Below are positions 1 through 9,023 of a stretch of 64,000 nt of DNA, piece by piece. Source of the DNA: a virus (taxonomy: Duplodnaviria > Heunggongvirae > Uroviricota > Caudoviricetes); the IMG/VR virus record IMGVR_UViG_3300041955_001975, positions 26,738 through 90,737 of that record. One strand, given 5' to 3'. The notes under the pieces were generated by a model, which was not told the origin of the DNA, searched no databases, and saw nothing but the letters and a program-made list of their open reading frames with translations. The first letter of the stretch is position 1; each line of letters opens with the position of its first letter. The translations under genes were made by a program, and so were the position numbers.

Positions 1-169
1 TGAACACGTTAATCATCAGGGTCCACTTCCTTTGCCTCCTCGCAGGTCTCTCGGTGCTTGCGCCAGCACTCGTCACACAATGGGCCAGCTCCGCAGGGGC
101 AGTAGGACGAGTCGTTGCTGATTCCGGCTCTTCCGGTCGGCTCGTCGCATTCATGACAGAACTCCGCGG

Positions 170-727
170 TCAGCGCACGATGCTATAGGCTTTGTCCATC
201 TCTTGAATGACGCGAGCCAGGTCACCGGGCGGGACCGTGATGTGCGGAATCCGCCACTCGTGCAGATAGTTGGCGATGGTGTCGTGCATTGCCCCAGCGC
301 TTCCAGGCGTTTGGTAACGACCCTGCGGCTTGTAGGGAACGAGGCGGTCCACGAGAAAGTTGATTGACTGATAGACCCGATCGAACTCCTCGGCAATGTG
401 CCGTAGCTCTCTTGCCGCCGGTCGCTGTTGATGCACGGCGTACATGACCTGCAACATCATCGGCGAGTCGGTCACGACCATGTTCACGCCGGCCTGGAGG
501 AAAAGGTCCTCCGCGTGCAGTTGCTTGGCGAACGTGTAAACGTAGTCAAAGGACCGCAACTCCCGACGCTGGTAGGCCCACGTCTTGATGAACTCTTGCG
601 CCAACTCCACATCGAAGCCCTTAGCCTTCAGGTGGCCGAACAACTGGGCCGCCAGGGTGCTCTTGCCTACGCCGGGGCCGCCGAAGAAGTTGATGCGTAG
701 TCCCACGATGCGTCTCTTCGTTTCCAA
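170..727 (-). CDS. P-loop NTPase, putative nucleotide/nucleoside kinase
   Basis: Walker A motif GGPGVGKST within 15 residues of the N-terminus. Size and layout resemble small AAA/adenylate-kinase-like kinases. Confidence 0.5.
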   Translation of the reverse strand: METKRRIVGLRINFFGGPGVGKSTLAAQLFGHLKAKGFDVELAQEFIKTWAYQRRELRSFDYVYTFAKQLHAEDLFLQAGVNMVVTDSPMMLQVMYAVHQQRPAARELRHIAEEFDRVYQSINFLVDRLVPYKPQGRYQTPGSAGAMHDTIANYLHEWRIPHITVPPGDLARVIQEMDKAYSIVR

Positions 728-862
728 GTCGTCGGCCGGTTACCGCGCGTTTCGCTATGTCGGTATGATCTCCGCTACAGCACGCGCCCGTCTTCAATGT
801 TCCCACCCGGGCCAACCCACACCGAAACTAGATTGGCCACCCTCACCGGCCTTCGACTTGTT

Positions 863-1513
863 TCACTGTTTGGTCTTGACGAAGACGAGGAAGTAGGAGT
901 GGTTCTTTCTCGCGTGGACTTGCTTATTCATCCGACTCACTCCGGGTCGATTTGTTCGCACGAGTACAAACAAGTCTTTCGCGTGAAACCCCATCGTGGC
1001 GTACTCGTTGATGATCTCGACGTGGGTCAAGTGTTGCCGGTTGGCGCTCACTTCGTCTTGGCACTTGACAATGAGAGTTCCGCCATGCCGAAGCACGCGA
1101 CGGGCCTCTACGGCAGCCTCGACGTAGAGCGACAGGACGGCAGCGTGATAGCGTGGCCCGCTGGTAGTCATCGCCGAGGAAGAATAGTGCTCTCGAAAGG
1201 GCGCATGAGACCCGGAGCCCGCAAGTTGGCTCACGGCTCGCCGGAAAAAGCCTTCCATGTACGGCGGGTCAAGGACAACAGCGTCGATCGACCCATCCCC
1301 ATAAGGCAGCTTCCTGCAATCCACGCCGCTGTTCAGGTCGCTGGGCAACAACGTGTAGTGGGTCGGATCGACCTCTTTCCAGAACGTCCCTTTCCCATAG
1401 GTCACGTCTGCGACCTTGGAACCGCGCGGCACGTGCAGACGCAGGATGTCTGCGAATAGACGCGCGTTCTGGCCGACATGCGCGCTGAGAATTAGGGAAA
1501 TCGAGGCAGCCAT
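863..1513 (-). CDS. DNA methyltransferase (N6-adenine or N4-cytosine, DPPY motif)
   Basis: Catalytic motif VLDPPYMEG and SAM-binding-like DVTYGKGTF. Start set at MAASISL, which overlaps the upstream stop in a TAATG arrangement. The ORF track extends it to 1708. Confidence 0.6.
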   Translation of the reverse strand: MAASISLILSAHVGQNARLFADILRLHVPRGSKVADVTYGKGTFWKEVDPTHYTLLPSDLNSGVDCRKLPYGDGSIDAVVLDPPYMEGFFRRAVSQLAGSGSHAPFREHYSSSAMTTSGPRYHAAVLSLYVEAAVEARRVLRHGGTLIVKCQDEVSANRQHLTHVEIINEYATMGFHAKDLFVLVRTNRPGVSRMNKQVHARKNHSYFLVFVKTKQ

Positions 1514-2247
1514 TACTCGTCGCGCAGCCTCTTCATGGCCTGGAGGTAGTGCGTCTCGCAGTTGCGGCAGGCCCGGCAATAGCTCGACTCGATGCTGCCG
1601 CACATGGAGACCAGGCGATTGTCCCTGTAGCGGGACATGACGTATCGCATGAAGAGCTTGGTCGGGCAGTAGTAGGAGTTGATGTGCCGGACGCGCCACT
1701 CGTAGCACTCATCCGGGCCGCCGATGTCGTTCTGAACCTCGACGGAGACTGTAGGCTTGCGGTCGTAGTAGGCCATGAAGGTCAAGACCACGGGCAGGCC
1801 CCCCGTCGTCCAATGCCGCACGGCGGCGTCAATGTGTTCGAGGTTGGTGCCAGAGACTCGCAGGCGAATGAACATCACGTTCAAAGGCACCTGGTCTGCC
1901 CAAATTGGGCACCATGCCGGCGACTCTTCTTGCTGGTTGGCGGTCAGGACTACCGGCCCGGGGAAGTCCAGTGCGGGGACGCTCGTGTTGAAGAAGAAGT
2001 TCCTGTACTGCTGGGCCGTGGCGATCACCAGGTCGCGCTGGTTGTTACTGTCGTTGCCACAGTTCATGCGGACGATGCCGTCGCCCACTTCCTCCGGCGT
2101 CGGGACCACGGGCAACTGACCCAGCGGAATGTAGTACGCCCCCGGCCGATTGAAGAAGCACTGGCTGCATCCAATGGGACACGACCCCTTCTGCGGGATG
2201 CAATCGAATATCGGAGTGCCTTCTAGCTTCGGGTTGCGCCTGGTCAT
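1513..2247 (-). CDS. radical SAM domain protein
   Basis: Canonical CX3CX2C motif (CPIGCSQC) near the N-terminus plus an extra C-terminal Cys cluster (CRACRNC). 244 aa. Confidence 0.5.
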   Translation of the reverse strand: MTRRNPKLEGTPIFDCIPQKGSCPIGCSQCFFNRPGAYYIPLGQLPVVPTPEEVGDGIVRMNCGNDSNNQRDLVIATAQQYRNFFFNTSVPALDFPGPVVLTANQQEESPAWCPIWADQVPLNVMFIRLRVSGTNLEHIDAAVRHWTTGGLPVVLTFMAYYDRKPTVSVEVQNDIGGPDECYEWRVRHINSYYCPTKLFMRYVMSRYRDNRLVSMCGSIESSYCRACRNCETHYLQAMKRLRDE

Positions 2248-2256
2248 GGTGCGATC

Positions 2257-3015
2257 TCAGAAGTTGGTGAAGAGAATCTCGACCTTGTTGCTGCACTCGC
2301 CCCGACGCTCGCAGGCTCCTCGGCGGGGTGTGTCCCGCGTGATCCGGTTCCAATGCGGGTAGAAACTCGCAGCAGCTAGCGACTCGGACACGATCACCTT
2401 GGCACTGGCCGAGTTCAGCAATTCGACCATTGCCGGATAGTCAACGCGGTAGCGATACTCGTCCTCGTGGCCCACGTAGGGCGGATCGACGTAGATCAGG
2501 GCCTCGGAGTCGTTGTAGACTCGCTGGATTGCGGCCAGTGCGTCCTCGTGCAACAGCGCGACCCCGCGCATCCGGTTGGCGGCCGGGAGCACTCGTTGGA
2601 ACCAGTCGGCCCAGACCTCGCTCTTGGGCTTGTGCGGGGCTGAGGACTTATCCAGCGACCAAGTTGAATTGTTGCCGTTGCCGCAGTAGAACTGCGTTCC
2701 CTGGGCCATCAGCAGCACGGCCTGGTCGATGTCGCCCACCGGCTGCCCGCGCCAATTGGCGGCCGTATAGGGCGTGGCCCAGATCAGCGCAGCCAATTGC
2801 TCCGGCTGCGACTGGATTGCTTTCCACATGCCCATGACCACCTCGTCCAGATCGTTGACGATCTCGGCAAACGAGCGGGGCTTTGCCAACAGCACGGCGG
2901 CCGAGCCACAGCAGGGCTCCATGTAGACCCGGTGCTGCGGGAAGTGGGAAACAACCCACTTGGCGATGGACGCCTTGCCGCCGTACTGGCGATAGGTGAT
3001 CTTGGGCGTGGCCAT
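2257..3015 (-). CDS. Dam-type (D12 class) DNA N6-adenine methyltransferase
   Basis: N-terminal YGGK motif (RQYGGKASIAKW) and motif IV IYVDPPYV, typical of the D12/Dam family. Confidence 0.7.
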   Translation of the reverse strand: MATPKITYRQYGGKASIAKWVVSHFPQHRVYMEPCCGSAAVLLAKPRSFAEIVNDLDEVVMGMWKAIQSQPEQLAALIWATPYTAANWRGQPVGDIDQAVLLMAQGTQFYCGNGNNSTWSLDKSSAPHKPKSEVWADWFQRVLPAANRMRGVALLHEDALAAIQRVYNDSEALIYVDPPYVGHEDEYRYRVDYPAMVELLNSASAKVIVSESLAAASFYPHWNRITRDTPRRGACERRGECSNKVEILFTNF

Positions 3016-3410
3016 CAGTCTTCGTCGTCCTCTTCCTTGGCAACGATGTCTAATGCCTCCCCCATCAGGTACTCGGCCGCCAGGGCTCCGGCCTTCTCGA
3101 TGAGGACGGCGGCCCAGTGGACGATCAACGGTTGGTCGTCGTTCAGCTTGGCCTCCTCCAAAGTGACCAGGGCTTCCAGGACCAACTTGCCTTTCTTGGT
3201 GAGATGGCCGTCATCCAGGGCGTCGCCCAGGGCGCGGGCGTCGTTTCCCTCTTCCTGAAGGGTTAGAATTTCCTCCAGGGTGGCCTCAAGCTGGGCTTCC
3301 CGTGACTCCGTGGCAGCGGCCCCGGAGCCGTTACGTTGCTTCATTGCCTCCAAGAGTCCCTGGGCCTTCGTCCAGAGCTGGATCACTTCGCGTAAGGTCG
3401 CTTTATTCAT
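3015..3410 (-). CDS. highly acidic hypothetical protein (DNA-mimic-like composition)
   Basis: 131 aa from MNKATLREV. Very rich in D/E and has a C-terminal EEDDED tail. It sits inside the methyltransferase island. Confidence 0.35.
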   Translation of the reverse strand: MNKATLREVIQLWTKAQGLLEAMKQRNGSGAAATESREAQLEATLEEILTLQEEGNDARALGDALDDGHLTKKGKLVLEALVTLEEAKLNDDQPLIVHWAAVLIEKAGALAAEYLMGEALDIVAKEEDDED

Positions 3411-4089
3411 GGCTCGCCTCAAAGGTGAAAGTGGAGTCGATCTGGTTTCCCCGTTGATCCCAGCCTGCCCACGGCCTGCGGGCAAACAGTTCCAGGTAAG
3501 GCCCGGGGCTCTGCTCTTCGATCAGGTCGTAGAAGAAATCGGGCTTGACGCTGCGAGTCTCCCCGCGGCAGCAGGTAGGCTGTCGGCCGGCACGGGCCCG
3601 CCAGACGCAGGCTTCCACGCACTGCGAACAGAAGATGCTCTGTCGCACTGCGGTAGTAGTAGCCGGTCTTCATCGACGGGCTGCCGTCCGCCTTCACCTT
3701 CACCCAGGTCAACACCGTCTTGGGAACAAAACCCCAGGCCCCGACAATCTCATGTGCTTCAACCAGGAACGAGTTGGTGGTCCGCCGGATCGGCCTGGTC
3801 GCCCATGTGGGCCAGTTCGCCTCTTTCCGCGTCAGACCTCCTGGTTGCTGGCCTCGCGGCAGGTCTTGCACTGGACGATCTTGGTGCTGATGCCCTTGAT
3901 CTCGCTGTCGTAAGGGTCGGCGGCCGGCAGGGCGTCGGTGCCGCGCGACACTTTTCCGCAGTCGCGGCAACAGCCCACGAGCTGCTGGAGGTCGTAGGTC
4001 TTGCGATGGAATGTCGCTGGGTTGACGCAATGGCCCTTGTAGACCAATTGGCCGGGCTTCAGCGGGGTAGTCTTGGTCATGGCTGGCAA
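3403..4089 (-). pseudogene. MT-A70-family adenine methyltransferase, disrupted by two apparent frameshifts
   Basis: MT-A70-like blocks are split over three reading frames. One frame has LVEAHEIVGAWGF...TVLTWVKVK...GYYYRSATEHLLFAVRGS. Another has RSVKPDFFYDLIEE...YLELFARRPWAGWDQRGNQ. A third holds an N-terminal Cys-rich segment with ADPYD. Confidence 0.45.
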
Positions 4090-4114
4090 AAGGACTTGAT
4101 TCGCGGCGTCATCG

Positions 4115-4288
4115 TTACCTCACGATCCAGTGGTAGCAGTTGACCGGCCAACTCAAGGCCCACATCAGTTGATCCGGCGTGAGCCTGTGGTGGACCTGTT
4201 CCAGGGCCATCGCCAGGGCAAACGCGCCGCCGGCCCAAAAAATCAGGGTGTTGGTTATCAGGGCCAGGGTGAAGGAGATCAGTCGCAT
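4115..4288 (-). CDS. small membrane protein (57 aa, one TM helix)
   Basis: ATG to TAA ORF MRLISFTLALITNTLIFWAGGAFALAMALEQVHHRL..., hydrophobic at the N-terminus. It is below the 60-aa cutoff of the ORF track. Confidence 0.3.
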   Translation of the reverse strand: MRLISFTLALITNTLIFWAGGAFALAMALEQVHHRLTPDQLMWALSWPVNCYHWIVR

Positions 4289-4471
4289 GGTTCTTCCGCC
4301 TCGCGGCGGTCCTTGTGTTGAAGATGTTGACGGACTTGCTTTGCACCCTTCCGCTTCAGCCGCTTGCCAATGCCTCGTCGCACGTTATGACAGCGGCTAT
4401 CGGTATCTTGCGTGCGGGCCGTGGCCATGATTTCGGCACGTTTCGTATCCATGCCACGTCCCTGCCCAATA

Positions 4472-4504
4472 AAGAGTTGCAAAACACGGCTAACTGGTTT
4501 TCAG
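4472..4504 (-). promoter_or_regulatory. conserved intergenic motif copy A (candidate phage promoter)
   Basis: Plus strand: aagagttgcaaaacacggctaactggttttcag. Gene orientation: CTGAAAACCAGTTAGCCGTGTTTTGCAACTCTT. Confidence 0.5.
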
Positions 4505-4518
4505 CGGCGTGCGAATTG

Positions 4519-5025
4519 TCACTGCCTCGTAGCCGTCGTACAGAACGCCCCCTTCAGCGAGCAGCACTGCAACGCTCGGGCATTCCCCTTGCCGTAGGCC
4601 AGTAACACCGATGGGCCGCCGGCGTTGCCCTTGGCCCGGGTCCCGTTCATCTGGTAGAAATGCAACCGTCCTTCCAGGAACAGGACCCCATCCGCGTTGG
4701 CCCAGACATGCTCGAAGAACATCGCCGTTTCCGTTCTGGCGAAGATCAAAGCGATCCCGTTGCCGTGCTGACCCAGCCGGCCGAGCCATCGTCCCGTCTC
4801 CTGACCGTAGGGCGGATTGAGCCACACGCGGCCGAACCACGGCAGTTGCAGGCCGTCCTGTGGCGGAGTGTAATGGGACTTGGCTGTCGCCCACGGCTGG
4901 CCGGGGGCGGCGCAAGGGTCAAGATCAAACGGCCCAAGCGCCTTGATGATCTCCGGCGGCGTCAGCCAGCAGTCAGTTGCCCCTTGGAACGCGCGAGTAT
5001 GGCTGCCGATGCCTGTCTTCGTCAT
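4519..5025 (-). CDS. phage Dam-like DNA N6-adenine methyltransferase (NPPY)
   Basis: WLNPPYGQ catalytic motif in a ~170-aa protein typical of the phage N6A_Met/Dam family. Start MTKT overlaps the upstream stop as ATGA. Confidence 0.65.
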   Translation of the reverse strand: MTKTGIGSHTRAFQGATDCWLTPPEIIKALGPFDLDPCAAPGQPWATAKSHYTPPQDGLQLPWFGRVWLNPPYGQETGRWLGRLGQHGNGIALIFARTETAMFFEHVWANADGVLFLEGRLHFYQMNGTRAKGNAGGPSVLLAYGKGNARALQCCSLKGAFCTTATRQ

Positions 5026-6005
5026 GGGGCGACTTGCCGGGTTCGTTGGATTCGTTGAAGTGCTTGCTCGTACACGGCCTGCTTGATCTCGGCGGCAAAT
5101 GCCATCCGCCCGGCTTCCACCGCCGCGATCGAGGCGGTGCAAAGGCCGCCGAACGGCTCCCACACCACGTCGCCCGGGTCCGAGCAACTTTTCACGAGCA
5201 ACTGCATGAGGGCGAGCGGCTTCTGATTGGGATGGACCACGCTGCCTTGGACCTTGATCCGTTCCTTGCCGCGCACTGCCGGGACGTGCCAGACGTTGGT
5301 TACCCCGGCCTCACAGTGAAACTTCCCGCGAAGCTGCTCCCACTGTGAAGCCGCCAGGCTCGTCTCGCCGTCAACCGAAAAGTAGGGACGGCCCCAGGGA
5401 TCGCCGTGCGTGTTGGCGTAGTCCACCAGCCGTTGGAACACGTCGGGCGGCGGGAAGTACCACAGATAATCGCCGGTGAGATACTTGCGGGTGGCGGCGT
5501 TCTTCACGCCGCACGCCTTGTTCGACTTGGCGAGAGGCAGTCCGGTCCGCCGCCATTCCGCCCGGAGCCACTGCTGGGCAGAAAGCGGGGAGTCCGCGAC
5601 GGCCAATCGAAACTGGGGTTGCCGGACGTAGTGGACGCAGACCTCGGTGACGACGGGGAACTTCCGCAGCGTTTGCGTGTTCGTGTTGCCGGCGACGTGG
5701 GCCAGACCCTTGTCCCAGACGCAGCACGCCCGGTAAATCCAGCCCGCGTCCCGCAAGACGGGGTGGACTTCCGCCCAGCCGACCTCCGTGTTCCAAAACC
5801 AAAGCGTCGTGCTCGCGGTAGCACGGCGGGTCCATGCCGCAACGTGCGGCTCGTACCACTGGCGAAGTTGCTCCGGCCGTGCGAGATCGCCGTCGTAGCC
5901 ACTGAGACCGTAGGGCCCATCGGAAACGATGAGCGCCGGCGAGTCCCACTGATCGTAGTAGATCAGGGCGTCTCCGCAGCAGAGATGGATCAAGGGATCT
6001 CTCAT
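5022..6005 (-). CDS. DNA methyltransferase (N6_N4 MTase, beta class)
   Basis: N-terminal SDGPYG motif IV-like region. C-terminal HPNQKP...VWEPFGGLCTASIAA motif I region typical of PF01555-type enzymes. Start set at MRDPLIH. Confidence 0.6.
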   Translation of the reverse strand: MRDPLIHLCCGDALIYYDQWDSPALIVSDGPYGLSGYDGDLARPEQLRQWYEPHVAAWTRRATASTTLWFWNTEVGWAEVHPVLRDAGWIYRACCVWDKGLAHVAGNTNTQTLRKFPVVTEVCVHYVRQPQFRLAVADSPLSAQQWLRAEWRRTGLPLAKSNKACGVKNAATRKYLTGDYLWYFPPPDVFQRLVDYANTHGDPWGRPYFSVDGETSLAASQWEQLRGKFHCEAGVTNVWHVPAVRGKERIKVQGSVVHPNQKPLALMQLLVKSCSDPGDVVWEPFGGLCTASIAAVEAGRMAFAAEIKQAVYEQALQRIQRTRQVAP

Positions 6006-6089
6006 AACAAGTAGGCAAGGAAGGCAATGACAGGCCCGTAGGCTGCCAGAATCGGGACGGTGATGACCCAAGACGCGAAGGCGGAGACG

Positions 6090-7199
6090 TTACTCCATGT
6101 CCCTCCGCCGCCAGTAGCGGCCTTCCTTCGGAATGCCGTCGTCGGACAACTCACGGTACTTGAAGGTCACTGCCTGACCAACCTTGAAGTGCCGGCCCTG
6201 GAACCAGCCGGGCATGTCCACGCCCGGGTTGGCCGAGGCGAAGACGCCCATCTCGCCGGAGGCAAACTCGCGCTCGATGTCGGTTAGGCCGGAGAGTTCC
6301 AGCCGCTTGCCGCCATAGTCAACGATCAGGGCACCGATGCGGCCCAGATGCTTGCTGCCCTTGTCCGTCTCACGGCCGGATGTGAAGCCGACGATCATCG
6401 CCTCGGCGTCGGAGAACGGTTTGTACTTGAGGATGCCCCGATGCCGCTTCGGCGTCCAAGTTGCGTGCGGATTGCGGACGACGACGCCTTCGCCGCCCTG
6501 GTCAAGCACCTTTTGCAGGAAGGCTTCAACCTGTTTGGCCGCCTCTTCCGCTGTGTCGATCAGCTTCGTCTGCTGGTGCATGTAGCAGGCGGACAGGTCC
6601 GTGTTTTCCAGGGCGGCCCCCAGAAACTCCAACTCCTGGGCAAAGGTCGCCCGGCGGTTGATGAAGCAGAAGTCTCCGTCGAAGTCTTCAAGCCGCCCCT
6701 TGACCCATCCTTCAACCGCCTCGTAGTTGATGGCGGCGTGCAGGTTGGCGTTCTTGATCTCGCCGGAGGCAAACACCGAAGTGAGCGGCGGCGCGGAGTA
6801 GACGGCATACTGAATCTGCCGGAACCGCGGATCGGGCGTGTCGCCGCCACAGATCGACCGGCAAAGCTGGAAGTTCCCGCGGCCGGCCCACAGCTCGCCG
6901 TCCAGCAGGCAGCACGGCAAGAGATTCAGGAACCAATCCGGGGCGAGGATCGGATTGCCGTAGCGGCTCCACAGGCCCGTGGCGACCGGCTTGATCTTGG
7001 CCTTCATCCTGCCCGTCTTCGGGTCGGTGACCGAGGCCCAGGGGACCTCCACGGTCGGCATCCCTCGGCTCAAGCCGCCGTCCCAGAAACAGCGGGTGCC
7101 GTCGAGCTTCTCGGAGATAAGCCAGCCGGCAACGTCGTGCTTGGCCCGGACGTAGTGGTCGGCCAGTTGCAGGAACTCGCGGCGATTCGATGATGCCAT
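6090..7199 (-). CDS. ATP-dependent DNA ligase
   Basis: Adenylation motif I KxDGxR (ISEKLDGTRCF). Size of 369 aa is typical of phage T7-like ligases. Confidence 0.7.
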   Translation of the reverse strand: MASSNRREFLQLADHYVRAKHDVAGWLISEKLDGTRCFWDGGLSRGMPTVEVPWASVTDPKTGRMKAKIKPVATGLWSRYGNPILAPDWFLNLLPCCLLDGELWAGRGNFQLCRSICGGDTPDPRFRQIQYAVYSAPPLTSVFASGEIKNANLHAAINYEAVEGWVKGRLEDFDGDFCFINRRATFAQELEFLGAALENTDLSACYMHQQTKLIDTAEEAAKQVEAFLQKVLDQGGEGVVVRNPHATWTPKRHRGILKYKPFSDAEAMIVGFTSGRETDKGSKHLGRIGALIVDYGGKRLELSGLTDIEREFASGEMGVFASANPGVDMPGWFQGRHFKVGQAVTFKYRELSDDGIPKEGRYWRRRDME

Positions 7200-7327
7200 T
7201 ATGACGTGCCTCTACGGTGCTCAGATGGGTTATGATGAGAATGCGGCCCGGCGCAGCCGTTCCACCCGTTCGTCCTTGCGGCGAACGTGTAAACGTCGCT
7301 CGACCTGGATCGGCCGGCTGTAGACGA

Positions 7328-7765
7328 TCAGGCCGGGGCACCAAGCGGCATGTTCCAAGTAGCGGGTGCTGATGAATTCGACCGTCCGCATTCGCAAGCT
7401 TTCTTGGTTGACTGCCCCTGTCCAAAGAAAGAGTTGCAAAACACGGCCAACTGGTTTTCAGCCTCGCGCGAATTTTCCGCCGTGCTGACTTTAGGCGCTG
7501 GCCCGACCCCTGGTATGAACCCGGGTTGAGGCTCTGGACGGGGCCTTGGTTCAGGCCACTGGGGGCGCGGAATCCGGTGCTTGGCGAACACGTCTTCGCA
7601 CCGGCGAATGTACTCGTCGCGCACACCCAGGGCGCGTTGCAGACGGTCGGCCGTCTCCCAGGCCGCGATGAACCCTTCGTGCTCACGGGCGATCTCCCGC
7701 GCGTGGTCGATCTCCGCCAGGACGACAAAGGCAAGCACCAGGACGAGGATCACGATTCTCTGCAT
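7328..7765 (-). CDS. hypothetical secreted or membrane-anchored proline-rich protein
   Basis: From MQRIVILVLVLAFVVLA (signal/TM-like N-terminus), followed by a PEPRPRPEPQP segment. The C-terminal end reads through conserved intergenic motif copy B, so the 3' end is uncertain. Confidence 0.25.
   Translation of the reverse strand: MQRIVILVLVLAFVVLAEIDHAREIAREHEGFIAAWETADRLQRALGVRDEYIRRCEDVFAKHRIPRPQWPEPRPRPEPQPGFIPGVGPAPKVSTAENSREAENQLAVFCNSFFGQGQSTKKACECGRSNSSAPATWNMPLGAPA
7429..7461 (-). promoter_or_regulatory. conserved intergenic motif copy B
   Basis: aagagttgcaaaacacggccaactggttttcag. Identical to copy A at 32 of 33 positions. Confidence 0.5.
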
Positions 7766-8361
7766 GACTTGTACTCTCCTTGATAAGCCAGTAGCCGGCC
7801 GAAACACTCAACGAGATAGAGGGACATGCAGCAATGCCCCAGCTTGTTCCAGGGGCGCGGCACCAGGACGACGCAACCGTCATTGCCGGCCCGCTCGAAA
7901 AGATCGGTGTTCGCTTCGCTATCGTCCACCAGCAGGGCGTCAGGGCGCGCGAAGAGCCATTTGCGAGGCGTGATGGCGTACTGCCGGTGCATCCACGGCG
8001 GGAAGTGCTTCTGAATCCACTGGACCTTACCGGCCGCACAATCGGGGTCTTTGGTGGGACTGGTGGCAATGATGATGTTCTCCCGCCCCACCAGCCGCTC
8101 GCATTGCTCCAGCAGCCAGGGAAACTCCGGTGTCTCCGGCACGGAAGCCCAGTCGTCGCGTGTGAAAAACTCCCAGAAGGAGGGCCGAGTGAACCGCTGC
8201 TCGCCCAGCAGCCTATTGGCGATGTCGGCAAGATCAAACACCGAGCCGGCGGGCAGATCGCCGTAGTCCGTGGGGCTGACCTTGCAGCCCACAAGCGTCA
8301 GGAAGTACATGGACAGCGTATTGCACACGTCGTCCAGGTCGAGATAGATTCGACGGATCAT
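7750..8361 (-). CDS. HAD-superfamily 5'(3')-deoxyribonucleotidase-like phosphatase
   Basis: N-terminal HAD motif I DxDxV (IYLDLDDVCNTL). Size fits the NT5C-like dNMP phosphatases found in phages. Confidence 0.5.
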   Translation of the reverse strand: MIRRIYLDLDDVCNTLSMYFLTLVGCKVSPTDYGDLPAGSVFDLADIANRLLGEQRFTRPSFWEFFTRDDWASVPETPEFPWLLEQCERLVGRENIIIATSPTKDPDCAAGKVQWIQKHFPPWMHRQYAITPRKWLFARPDALLVDDSEANTDLFERAGNDGCVVLVPRPWNKLGHCCMSLYLVECFGRLLAYQGEYKSCRES

Positions 8362-9023
8362 TTGCTGCCCTTCTTGATGTGCCTCAACTCGGCCTTAGCC
8401 AGCGTCCGCTGATACAGTCCTTCCTTCATGCGGTACGTGGAAGCCAGCGACATGCCGATGGCATCCGCAATCTCTTGCAGTGAGTAGCCGGCCTCACGCA
8501 TTGCGACGTAGGTTCGCTCCTCCTGGCGGCAACAGCAGGACGCGATCAGATCACGCATCTCGAAGAGTGAATCGTTGCCGTTGCAAAGACAGGTCTCAGG
8601 CAAAATGCCGGAAGGCTGCATCGCCTTAATCCGCTTGCCATTGGCCGTTGCCGTCCACTGTGTCCCATGCGGGATGCGGATCATGGGTTCCGCCTCGGCA
8701 AATTGTCCCAAGCGGGAGGCAACTGCAACGCCGATGTACTCGACAGGCGCAGTGACGCCGCACCTTTTCTCCGCCATGAGGTTTACAGCCGCCACCAGGC
8801 CCATGAAGCCGACACTCGTCAGATCATCCCGCAAATAGCCGTACTCGGGAAAATCGCGGATGTAGGCACTCACTTTTGACACAACCAGCGGCATGTTGCC
8901 TTCGATCATCTGGCGGCGCGCTTCCAGATCGCCCGCCGCCACCTTCGGCGCAAGCGCCAGGTTGCCCTCTGTGCTCAGCGGCGTGGTCATCTTGGAAATG
9001 AGTTCAGTGTTGTATTGGCTCAC
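8358..9023 (-). CDS. sigma-70-family RNA polymerase sigma factor (phage-encoded)
   Basis: Region-2-like block (EGNMPLVVSKVSAY...DDLTSVGFMGLVAAV) and region-4 HTH (YSLQEIADAIGMSLASTYRMKEGL). Confidence 0.6.
   Translation of the reverse strand: MSQYNTELISKMTTPLSTEGNLALAPKVAAGDLEARRQMIEGNMPLVVSKVSAYIRDFPEYGYLRDDLTSVGFMGLVAAVNLMAEKRCGVTAPVEYIGVAVASRLGQFAEAEPMIRIPHGTQWTATANGKRIKAMQPSGILPETCLCNGNDSLFEMRDLIASCCCRQEERTYVAMREAGYSLQEIADAIGMSLASTYRMKEGLYQRTLAKAELRHIKKGSK

Noticed and set aside
151-396. 81-aa minus-strand ORF and a possible Cys-rich ORF at the extreme left edge (12..170)
   Set aside because: The first overlaps the P-loop kinase gene in another frame and has junk-like composition. The Cys-rich reading lacks an ATG/GTG/TTG start in frame.
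4472-4504. Sigma-54 (-24/-12) promoter reading of the conserved motif because it contains TTGCA and CTGG
   Set aside because: In the gene orientation the order is CCAG...TTGCAA, not GG-N10-GC. The element does not match sigma-54 consensus spacing, so a phage-specific promoter or operator is more plausible.
7230-7439. 69-aa ORF starting inside motif copy B
   Set aside because: Its track start is a TTG inside the conserved motif. A shorter ATG-initiated version (7230..7391, 53 aa) is possible but has no supporting features, so I did not call it as a gene.
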